From: Dimorphilus gyrociliatus
Lineage: Eukaryota > Animalia > Annelida
Reading direction: 5' to 3'
NCBI GenBank assembly: GCA_904063045.1
Contig: CAJFCJ010000008.1
Location: 1,364,001-1,428,000 of the forward strand
DNA length: 64,000 nucleotides
Shown in pieces: positions 53,331-64,000 of this stretch; position 1 is the first letter of the stretch; every line of letters starts with the position of its first letter. The position numbers and the translations under genes were made by a program. The notes below the pieces were generated by a model. The model was not told the DNA's origin, did no database searches, and saw nothing but the letters and a program-made list of their open reading frames with translations.

Positions 53331-53364
<34 letters not shown>

Positions 53365-56300
53365 CTTAATAAGTGCAGTAAAAATAAATTATCCTCTTTT
53401 CCTTTAAATTGGAAATTCCCCTTTAAAAACATTAAATTTACCTGTATGAAATGTTAAAATTATAAAATTCTTCTATATTTCATTAGAAAATTAATTATTT
53501 TGGTGGTTATAGTCGCTTAATATTTCCAATTTATCAATATTTTGCAAAATAAACATTTTCCAGTACAATTCTATCACTATCAAGTCCGTCAATTATCTTA
53601 CCGACTTTATTTAGAGTTTATAAGAAATGCTTAAATAAACGTCAACAAATATCAAGTATTTTAATAGGATCCTCAAACCTCGATCATTTGATTATCTGTG
53701 TAATTTTATCAATTTTACTTGGAATAACATTTTCAGAGCGTTAGTTTATAATTTATTTAAAAGTGATAATTCTTTTTACACTAAAGTTTAATATCATTGG
53801 ATAACAGAAAAAAAGCATGCATTAATAATACTAGAAGGACCCTGTGAACTCTTAATTGGTTCGTTGTGCGGAATGATTGCTAGTGGTGTACTGGCCTATT
53901 TACCTCATAAAACGTCCGTAAGTATAACAATTTTCATTTAGTTGTTTCATTTTTATACTGCAGCCTCTAAAAGAATATGTATAAATCAAATAAAAAATAT
54001 ATACAATATTAGCGATATCATTTTATGAAATAAAAATTTATAAATTTAAATTAATAATAACAGAGCCTACTTGGCAGCTAAATGAACAATAAACATCATA
54101 CGTCTTTTATTATAAGGCTCAGTAAATGGCCCTACATTTATTAGTTTATCTACGGATACAATTGTAAAGCGTCTTTTCCTTAAAAAGCAACATATTTAAA
54201 AATTTTATACAAGTCTATATACGTTTGGGTCTGAGATCGGAGGACACAAATAATTAATGCTTTGAAATGACTATAAATAAATTTTCTAAAGTTTAATTGA
54301 TCCAATTTTTCTGCTTAAGGGATTACATTAAATGACAAAAGGAACGAGTTAAACGCATAAAGAAACGAATCCAAATGCTTAGGTCGCTTTTTCCTGCTTA
54401 TTGCTCTATTTTTTTCTTCATTTCTTATAAAATAAGCTTTTTTTAAAATACCTTTGTAATCGAAAGTTTAATTAGACAATTAGGGCTACTTAGATAATCA
54501 GAAGACGAGACATGTTTGTATTAAAATATACAATGAGACTATTTTTATAAAATGCTCCCCGAGCCTTATGCTGATAATGAGGCCCTATACTATATTAGAC
54601 ATATTGTAGGGGAAAACTCTCCCACCCAAATTGACGCTTGATTTTTGAATTTTTTCCTCTTTCTTTTTTTCAGAAAAATTTGATAATTAAACGATTTATA
54701 ATTCTTTTTTGTGGTTGCTTATTGAGCACAATTGGATGTCAACAATTCTCTTTTTTTGGAGCTAGCCTTTCTTCCTGCTTTTTCCTGAGCTTTCTATGCT
54801 CATTCATTTGGAAAAATGATAATTGTAAAGATCATAAGGTATTACAACTTTAAAAGTTCCTCTTGTTTGCATTGAAATTGATATATTAAAGAACTTTAAA
54901 TCTTTGCCTTTTAAAGATAACATTTATGAGGCTTCATGAGAAATTTTCATCCTTCATACTTTTGATACAATTATCTTTAATTGGCGCTGAAATTCGGTTG
55001 GATGGTCTCAAAAAACAAATCGGTTCGCTAATAAAACTAGCACTTTCATTATCGCTTAATCAATTCCTTACTCTTTCTTCTTCAATTACGTTCAGGTTTA
55101 TCGACATTAGTAGTTGTAGCAGGACTGATTGGCCGTTTCCTAACTTCTCTCTTATCTCTTGTAAATTGTGGAATAAATTGGAAAGAAAGAATTTTTATAT
55201 CATTAGCCTGGCTACCTAAAGCCGTTCGTCATGTAAGGAAAAAGAGTTAAAAAATAAGTAGAAATTATAGACACAAAGTTTATCTTCATATTTTATTTCT
55301 TTTTTAAGTCAATCCTTGCTATAATGCTCATCGATATATCCGATACGAAACGATTTCCTTCTATTGAATCTGACATACGAAAGGTTTGTATTTCGTTTCT
55401 TAATAGTTGAATTATGGAAAGGGTAAAGCAGTGGAAAATATACAATTTTTATATAACCGCCAAAGATAAATAAATATACATTATTGCGAGCAATCGTAAG
55501 CCTAAAATGCCACGAAATCCGGTTAAAACGCCATCTATGTCTGATATTTCCTCGAGGGAATTTGAAAGTGCTCCTGTTTGTAGCATGATAATGTAAAGAT
55601 ATGACCCATATAATCAACTACAAAAATGAAAAATTATCATTCAACTGAATTGTATCACTATAGTAACGCAATAATTGGCAAAAGTAAAAGACATTTCGAT
55701 CTATCTTTGGATAAAAATCTAGCTGTCCTTATAAAAAAATTACGATATGAATTACTAGAGTCATATCACGCAAAAGCAAATCCATTAATTGGTTAGAAAC
55801 CAAAAGGTATATGATTCTCCTGTCCTACATTTCTTTATTTTTGATTGATTTTATCTTCTATGTCATTTTATGGATCAAATATGCGCAAAAAAAACTGTGT
55901 CACTCTACATATAAACATAAACTACGTTTAAAACTATTACCTGTTCACCTTCATACTTATTATTTTGCTAGAATTCATTAAGTACAGTGTAGTTACAATA
56001 TAGCTACTCAAAATTTGTTAGAGGACTTAATTTGCTATTTATCCTGATTTAAATTATAGTCTTTTAATCCGCTCTCACCTTAAATTAATCTTTTATGTCA
56101 CTTTACCCTAAAGAGACCTTTCACTAGGTGTATATCATGAAAATAAAAGGGGTAAGCCACAGTAAGAAACAGTAAATATGGTTTAAAATGTTATTGGCTT
56201 TATAGATAAAGAAGTTGAACGGGAAATTTAATATATATTTATGCTTATGTATGTTTTATATATAAAAAATTACATATCATATGAATAGAATCCAGTAGAA

Positions 56301-56861
56301 GAATAGGTTTTTTACTTTCTGCTTATGGATAAAGAAAGGCATAGAGGGTATATTGTGTATCGCCCTATTCTATATCAATTCGAAGTCCATATGGATATGT
56401 TACATTCCACTACGTCACTTTGAATACAGCATAATTGAATATAATGACTTAAAATTATGTAGTAAAAAATACTCTAGATCTCTATTATAGACCACAAATT
56501 GCTAATCCTTAAAGTTTGCTAGGACACCAAAGGGTTCACTTCTCTATGAAATTAGGTATTAATGGGCGATATTGCAGTCTTTTCACAAAACGTCACCGAA
56601 ATTTACTGAACGTGACTTGAAAGTATTGAAAATGAATTGTAATTCTCATCATAGTATTAATATTTGCAGATAACTAATACGTGCTTCCTCGGCGTCCTCT
56701 ATACTTCATTACTTGGACCAATTTTAAGTATAACTGCCCCGTTTATGTTGAGGAAAGCGCCTACTGGTAACAGAGCGGAAACTAAACAAAGCGTTGAAGA
56801 AGTTATAATAAACAGACATACTGAAAATGAACTTTTAACGGAGAAAGAAACAGTTACGTAA
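48136..56861 (+). CDS. SLC9B: SLC9B/NHA-family (CPA2) cation/H+ antiporter, divergent, ~663 aa. Exons 48136-48889, 50348-50441, 52708-52890, 53564-53739, 53808-53917, 54674-54838, 54917-55022, 55096-55232, 55309-55383, 56670-56861
   Basis: Ten phase-consistent exons give a 1992-nt frame. Segments align with NHA2: PGGNIFAIL, LPGFLGMLTAG, RQMALACLLLKMG, LRLAIFPAFSE, SSPSIILP, LIGAEI, GRFLTS, KERIFISLAWLPKA, LLGPILSITAP. Confidence 0.9.
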
Positions 56862-57089
56862 CTTTTTAACCAATTTTAATCATAATATATACAAAGAAAA
56901 GATTTTTTCATTAACTAGTTAGAATGATCTATAGGGAATGAATGAAAATGCAGAGAAAGAGAAATTGTGTTTATATTATATGTCAACACTAAAAGATAGA
57001 TATAGAAATGAACATTGCCAGATGCTTTGATTTGAATCGAAAGCTTTTTCTTCACAAAAAGCAAATATTATTATCGCAATAAACAATAT

Positions 57090-59418
57090 TTATCGTTCCA
57101 ATTCCATGGTTACCACTTCAGATCTTTTTGTATAAGGAGAGACATGAACAGTGATAAGCTGTCCAGAAGGGGTTTTAGATAGAGAGTGAGCATGTAATCT
57201 GAAGGCTGCCCCACTTTTATCTACGGGTATAATTTGTGAAATAGTTTGTGTTGAAGATTGCAGACTGTAGAAACTCCCAGTGGAGGCTATTAAGGCATTT
57301 CCGAATTTATCCATAAAAAGTCCTTTGGCTGAGGCAGGTAATCTTGTAGTTTTCAGCATATCGCCGTCATAGGAGTAGATCCTTAATTGTCTATCACCAT
57401 TTCTGGGTTCAAAAGTCAATCCGATATTACTACCTGCAAACATATACTTGTTATTTGAAATTTTTGAAATTTTCAATCAATAGCTGGAATAAATAGTAAA
57501 TGAAGATTTTGTCTTAATAATACTAAATTGAAAAGAGGGAATTAAGGAGATCAGCTATGAACCATGAAATTTTGTTAAACAAAAACTGATTTATAACAGA
57601 CAATCAATATATCTAATATAAAATTACCTTTCCAGTGGACACATCTACATCCATAGTGCTTGCTTAGCATGCACAAATAATAAATATATAAGAGTAGGAA
57701 ATATTATAGTATTAAACACTTACTCCTAAGGCATTGGATACACAGTATTATTATTAATAAAGAGGAGATCAGCCTTAGCAGAGCGTACAATATTATATAC
57801 TTAGAACATTCAAGTCACGAAGTATTTTATTATGCTTTAAACTAATGGCCTATTCTTTTAGCTAAAAATAACAAATCTATAGCTTACCTCCAACAGCTAA
57901 ATTAAAAAACTCTGGTAAACTTCCTAAAGGAAAATTTCGTAATTTGCTTCCAGATTCATCGTACACACATAGCGCATGACCTTCAGTTACCACATAACAT
58001 CCATTGATGTCTATCGATAATCCACGTATGCCCGATCCAATAGGAAAATGACTCAAACAATTCCATGATTGAGGAGAATATATTTTCAAAGAATTTTCAA
58101 TAGCTACAGCTATATTACCTGATTCATTAACTAAAATACCAACTGGGTAGTTGATTTCGGTTGACAGAACTCTTTGCTGAAATTTTCCAGACCTGTCACA
58201 AATCCACAAGCCGGAATTCTCAGCATCTGCAATAACTATCTTTCCATTGGATAAAAATGCTAAACCACAAGGTTCTTTAATATAACTGGTAGTTTTAAAT
58301 TTTGATACTATTCTCGCAGTCTGGGGAGGAACCCTTTGGGCTATTTCCGGCTTAGGAAAGCTTTGTAGGGATATTGTTGATATGCTTCTTGCTGGGGGTA
58401 GAGATATTTCCCTTCGAGAGGATATTTCTCTCGGGAGTGGTATACCTGAATCAATATCTTCAGATTTTTTTAATCCCTCGTATACCTTTTTTCTTTTTCT
58501 CGGAGTGGTTTTAGGCGCGGCCTTAACAATAGGAACTTTCGAGGATCTCTTTATAGAATCTAATTTATTCGGCTTAGCATCTTGATTAATAGTCGGCAGT
58601 AAGTTCATTTTAGGATTATTTTCTACTTTACCTAAAGTTTGATTGTTCAAAAATATAATAGACGGGCCACTGAACTCTTTTCTATCCAAAGCTTTGGGAC
58701 TTTGAAAGATTTCAGCCTGCTGGGAGACACGTAAGGCTGTAGCTATAAACTTCTCTTGGGATAACTTATCGTTTCCTTTACGACTTGCGAAATCTTGGAC
58801 TTTTTTCAACTCCTGCCATTTTGTTTTAACAACTTTTTTCCTATCACTGACTTTTTCTAGCTTAGAATCTAAGAAAGAATCTAAGTCTTGTTCAAGTTTC
58901 TCGTGTTGAGATCTAATTGTTTGCTGTAGTTGAATAACGTGAGCATTCAAAGCTATCTTCTTCTCTTCCCTTATCTCTTCTATATTTATTTCTATCTTCT
59001 GTAACCATTCTAATTCTTCGGATAGCGTGGCTGATATTCTTGAAATTTTTGCCATAACTTTACGAAGGGCAGCTTCACATTCAGCAATTTTTTCATTTAA
59101 ATCGACAATATCATGGTTCTTGTGCTCAATCATTGTACAATTGACGCAAATCAATTGAGAACACTTCTCACAAAAGTATCGAACTTCAGCGAAATCGTGT
59201 TTGGAACAATTTTGTTCTACTTTCTTTTCTGATTTCGGTACAACATAGTGATCAGCTGTTACTTTGGTCGTTCGATGTTGATCGCTGCATATTTTGCAGA
59301 GAGGCATTGAACAGTCTGAACAATACATTGGAGCAGACTTTCTTTTGTTCTTTAGCCGACAAATCTGGCATAGTCCATCGAAGTCAACTATATCCGAGGA
59401 GTTTAGCGATTTACTCAT
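57090..59418 (-). CDS. TRIM-family protein (B-box1, B-box2, coiled coil, NHL/beta-propeller), no RING detected, ~640 aa; exons 59418-57888, 57662-57628, 57446-57090
   Basis: B-box1 (CQIC...CSDC...LCKICSDQH...H), B-box2 (CSKH...FCEKCSQLICVNC...EHKNH), a coiled coil, and NHL-like blades (PCGLAFLSNGKIVIAD, YPVGILVNESGNIAV, GIRGLSIDINGCYVVTE). The small middle exon and the last acceptor are inferred. An in-frame acceptor at 59431 allows a further upstream exon. Confidence 0.8.
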
Positions 59419-61743
59419 AGCTACTAGCTCCTAAAGACTATCAAAATATTACTTCTTCGACTAATCTCCCCTATTATGGGTGGTAGTATTAATCCTGATT
59501 TAATCTCTGATCATACACTCCTTCATAACCTAAGTGGACAAGGTTAATTTCCTTAAAGCATACACTACTACAAGTATCGAGAATGCCAAAATCGATATTG
59601 AAAATCTCTGATATTGATCTGCTGTTTATCAATACATAACAACCGATAACGATAAGTAAACATTGAAATTTTGACGAAACTAAGTTTTCCCTAAAATAGA
59701 TATACTATATTTGTTTAATAGTTTAAGCAACAGGGCACGAATTCTTTAGCGGAAAACATTCTATCCCTGGTAACATATGGTCCATTTTATCATAGTCTCT
59801 TTTTATATACAAAGTATATTTACTTGAAGATCAATCCAGATCGTAAATTAACCTTTAAATTTCGTTATTTTACAATCAGAAAGCTTTTAAAAAGTCAACA
59901 TTGTAATATTTGAACTTAGGTATCAAGTCAACTTGATTTTGACCAGTATAAGAATTCTATGTAAACGTATAAATTGTATTATACTAAGAAAATATCACTT
60001 TATCATGACTTGATACGTTTAGGGTGCAATTTTTTCTTTTTTACTAATTCAGATAAAAATTTTCAATTTTCATCGAATATTTTACCACAAATATTTTGAT
60101 TTCTCAGATTTTATAAAAACTATAGCTAAAAGTAAGAGTATTATCAGGCCAAGTGGTATATACATTTGAAAGATTTTTCTTCTTTCAGTGGCCGATAGAT
60201 GGCCTACAGACTTTTCTTACATTTTATAAATAGTAGTTCCTTTCTTCTAAGAACATTGGTTTTACTCCAAAATTGTGTTCTCTACAATTATTGTACAAAG
60301 AATTCGTTTCAATATCTATAACATAATCCTGTAAACTTTCTTCTCCTTTGTAACACTAAACCTCAATTTTAAGAATTCGTAAGAAGCATTATACTTACGA
60401 AAATGAATATTTAAAATATATTTGTATATATGTCATTATTGTAAATAATTATTATCGAGTACTCATAGAAGAATTTCTTTTTTAGATTATTTTATTACAT
60501 TCATATACGTTTACATTGCTAGTTGTACTGAATGTTTAAAATAAACAACAAAAGAATTCATTAGCAACGTAAAAAGATATTATTAGTATTAATATAAATA
60601 TACCAGAATGATTGAATATTTATATTACACATCTTTCTTGGTTTTTCAATCTAGTCATCTATTTCTCAGAATAAAATTTCCGACCATTTTATTTATTTGT
60701 CACTTTTTACAAGTGTAACAATTGTTTTTGAGGGCATTCTTTAATTCTGATTTTATTTTTTATAAAAGTAGTGTGTTTAGATATCAATTAAAACTTGAAA
60801 AAATAGAATGCGCAAAAAACTGAAGAAAAGTCAGAGTGATTTGAAAAAATTTGTGAAAATATTCTGTACTCTATCTTCTCTATAATAACGAACAAAAATT
60901 TGACATTTGGCTCGTTCTAATTGATCTAGTAGAATATTAATTAATGTTAAGAATTAAATTGTATGTCAAAACAAAAAATCATCTTCGTGTTAACGATTAC
61001 TCTCTCTGTCTTATGTTCTCAATAGATGGCAGTGATTGTTGATCAACATAGTTTCTAGATAGAGTAATTTTTCCCACTCCCAATTAGTTTAACAAGGACA
61101 AAATACGTGATATGCTTCATTGAAGCAGAAAATATCAACGCAATATTCCGTAAATACTAAACTTATTTATTCTACTTTACTGAAGAACATAATATTTCAA
61201 TTAGTTTTGAAGCAATTGTTCAACGTCGACTCGCTTCCTTCGTCTAGTATAAAATCCCCATATCTTGCAAAAAAAATATAGGGGAAGTAAGAATTTCTCT
61301 CCAAGAGCCAATTCCCTCATACTCTCTTTTCCCAAGGAATTTTACTCTCATAAAATTAGGTAAATAAGAAACTTGTGCATCTTTACTGTTTATAACCCTG
61401 AAGGAATTATAACATGTGGACATTTATAACATTAATTCTGACACACTTCTTAACTAATATCAAATAATTAGCTTTCCAATATTTTATTAAAAATATTTGG
61501 ATAAATGCTATTTTTTATTGAATTACTGCTCCTAAAATTTTTGCGATAGTGTTTAAAAGAGAGTAGACGTGATAAAACAATAAACTCCTCTGCATCAGCT
61601 TATTCAGAAGATAAGAATAGTTTGTCTGTGGTGGCCAATTGATGCTACCTTAGCGATATATAGATAAGTTATGAAATACAGGAAGCTAATTAAAACTTTA
61701 AAATATTAGCCGTTTAGCAGTTCAAAATAAAATGTGACCGAAA

Positions 61744-61756
61744 CGCCATCTAGGTC
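61744..61756 (-). promoter_or_regulatory. CTCF-like site GACCTAGATGGCG upstream of the GPCR
   Basis: AGATGGCG core about 115 bp before a putative 5'-UTR donor (GTATGA, 61872). The intron has a TACTGAC branch-like site at 62001 and an acceptor at 62027. Confidence 0.4.
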
Positions 61757-62075
61757 GAATAGAATTCCACTGCCAACGCACTAACTACTTTAGAGGACTT
61801 GAGCCGTCTCCTTTGCAAACTGTTTTCGCATTTCTTTCACCGCAGTGTTATCAACTCGTCTGATTAAGAAGGTATGAATTATTCAAAAAGAACTGTTTCA
61901 GGAACCTGTATAAACTAGCTTCGTTCTCCTTTTTCGAAAGCCGAATGCTTAAAAGTCTAATTTGTACCAAAATCAGGCCCTAAGGCTTTATAAAATGTTG
62001 TACTGACCTAAACTATTTTCTTTTTAGACCTCTTAATTCTCAGTTCAGAAAATGAGAATCGGATGCTATTGAAAC

Positions 62076-63272
62076 ATGGAAGCTTTTACAAGAGCCACAC
62101 CTCTGAACGCCACGAATGGGACATACGAAATCGAATTTTCTAGCATCATTTACGCATTTATCTATTCTTTAATTTGCGTTCTCGGTACTATTGGCAATGG
62201 ATTAGTGATCATTGTCATTATCAGATACGCTAAAATGAAAACAGTAACCAACACTTACCTGTTGAATCTGGCTATTTCAGATTTGTGCTTCCTTGTTGGT
62301 TTACCTTTTTTAACGGTAACTATTCTTGTTAGGCATTGGATATTTGGTAGTAGTATGTGTAAAATATTTATGATGTGTACGTCTACTAATTCGTTCACTT
62401 CTGCGTTCACTTTAACCGTTATGTCCTTCGATCGTTGGCTGGCTGTTTGTCACCCTGTTAGGTCTATATCTTATAGAACACCTTTGGTTGCAAAGTTTGT
62501 CTCAGTCGGAGTATGGGGCTTATCTATGTTAGTAATGATACCCGTTTTTCTCTATTCGACGACAGTAACAAATAATCCTGGAAATCAAAAAGAATCATGC
62601 AAATTAATCTGGCCCAAAAATCAGGCAATTATTCACCCTGATAAAGCGTTCATTTGGTACGGATTACTGCTGGGTTTCGCCATTCCCACCGCCCTAATTT
62701 CTGTCTTCTATATGTTAGTTGTCATACGATTAAAGTCTGTTGGGCCCAAGAATAGGAAGAATTCAGATAATAGGAAGAGAACGCACACAAGAGTTACAAA
62801 ATTAGTTCTAACAGTTATCGCAGTTTATGTTATCTGCTGGTTACCCCATTGGATTTATCAGATTTATTTTACTTTTGCTAAAGACAAACCTCCAGATTGG
62901 GTTATCAATTTGTATCAAGCAATAACGATTCTATCTTATACCAATTCAACATTGAATCCAGTTCTGTATGCTTTAATGTCGGATAACTTCCGAAAAAGTT
63001 TCTCTAAAGCTTTCCGATGCATTTCCAAAACGGAAGTTGAAGGAACACTGAACGTTGAGCCTTCAATATTTCCAAGGAGGAAGAAAAGCAGACCTCAAAA
63101 TAGACTAACCTTAGAATTAGCCAAACAAAAGTCAACATCTAATTTAGAATTACACGAAGAGGCAGTTGTAGAGGCTTTCCTGAATGAAAAAATGAACGAT
63201 CAAGAAGAAAATAACAAAAATGTCTGTTCAGTACAAGAGTCTCCTGAAGGTCGTCTAGCCTGCCAAGTATAA
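62076..63272 (+). CDS. AstC-R: Allatostatin-C receptor / somatostatin-receptor-like class A GPCR, 398 aa, intronless CDS
   Basis: Seven hydrophobic segments with GN (TM1), YAKMKTVTNTYLLNLAISD (hallmark of the SSTR/AstC-R group), DRWLAVCHP, CWLPHW and NPVLY. Confidence 0.9.
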   Translation: MEAFTRATPLNATNGTYEIEFSSIIYAFIYSLICVLGTIGNGLVIIVIIRYAKMKTVTNTYLLNLAISDLCFLVGLPFLTVTILVRHWIFGSSMCKIFMMCTSTNSFTSAFTLTVMSFDRWLAVCHPVRSISYRTPLVAKFVSVGVWGLSMLVMIPVFLYSTTVTNNPGNQKESCKLIWPKNQAIIHPDKAFIWYGLLLGFAIPTALISVFYMLVVIRLKSVGPKNRKNSDNRKRTHTRVTKLVLTVIAVYVICWLPHWIYQIYFTFAKDKPPDWVINLYQAITILSYTNSTLNPVLYALMSDNFRKSFSKAFRCISKTEVEGTLNVEPSIFPRRKKSRPQNRLTLELAKQKSTSNLELHEEAVVEAFLNEKMNDQEENNKNVCSVQESPEGRLACQV

Positions 63273-64000
63273 TGGGTTAACTGGGTAAACACTTCTAACC
63301 AAATTTCTCTATATTTTAAAAGTTACATATTTCTATTTATGAATGCATAATAATATACAATGTTTTCCACATTTAAACTCATGTGAAGTATCCAAATAAC
63401 ATATAACATTTCAAAAATGCATATTATGTTTATATAAATATGTATATTAGCAGTATTGCAACCTAAGTTTGTCTGTGTTTGCTTTTAAACGCAAAAAGAG
63501 GAGCTAAATAGTGCATGATTACTTAAGGTTCGAAATGTGTATATATTTAAAACAGGTATCCATGTTGTATTATAAGAAATTTTTATTAAATACTTTCATA
63601 CAAGAAAAAATACTGTTGACTTTTAGTTATTACAAGGTTACAGCAAATTTAGCTTAGTAGAATAATCCACCGTTCCTTCAATTAAATTAAGAATGAACAA
63701 TAATAGCTAATCGAAAATAAAAGTGTACAAATATATAGAGAAGATATAACGAACCATTCATCGATATCCGGTTTTTTATTTATATTTAAAAACGGAAACG
63801 AACATTCTCCAGTAATTGTTAGTGAATGTGTACTCTATATGGATCGTATTGATGAATTGTGTGGTATGAAACAGCCTAAAAAATTACCTACTAAAATTAT
63901 AAACGTGCTCTAATTAAAAATGTGCCGATATTAGAAAAGGGGTTAATTTGAAAATTCACTCCTTTTCTTGCTTCGTTTTTTCAATTGGAGGTGTCATTTC

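Noticed and set aside
57416-57433. Apparent 1-nt frameshift (VVISD-W-TFEP) suggesting a TRIM pseudogene or assembly error
   Set aside because: An upstream acceptor at 57447 restores the frame with no indel.
1-64000. CRISPR arrays, rRNA, tRNA, intact transposases
   Set aside because: No regularly spaced direct repeats, cloverleaf or rRNA signatures, or DDE/RT ORFs were seen.

Overview
This is AT-rich eukaryotic (bilaterian invertebrate) genomic DNA with many very short (about 57-80 nt) GT-AG introns. That pattern suggests a compact spiralian genome, possibly an annelid; this is an inference and the species is not determined. Seven protein-coding genes were reconstructed exon by exon with consistent phases: a secreted purple acid phosphatase (ACP5-like, -), an unannotatable 12-exon ~1038-aa protein with four Trp-motif repeats and an upstream RFX X-box (+), CSPG4/NG2/kon-tiki (+, ~2263 aa), a short FAM184-like coiled-coil protein (-), a divergent SLC9B/NHA cation-proton antiporter whose Asp-Asp ion-binding motif reads Asp-His (+), an apparently RING-less B-box/coiled-coil/NHL TRIM protein (-), and an allatostatin-C/somatostatin-type GPCR (+). 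There is also a possible 122-aa orphan gene. Non-coding observations include a ~14.6-kb gene-free interval, recurrent CTCF-like AGATGGCG motifs, about 15 TATAC[A/T]GTATA motifs matching Tc1/mariner excision footprints, a probable decayed LINE endonuclease, and a GC-elevated island with a telomerase-RNA-like template plus pseudoknot layout (speculative). No rRNA, tRNA or CRISPR array was recognised. All models and counts are manual.
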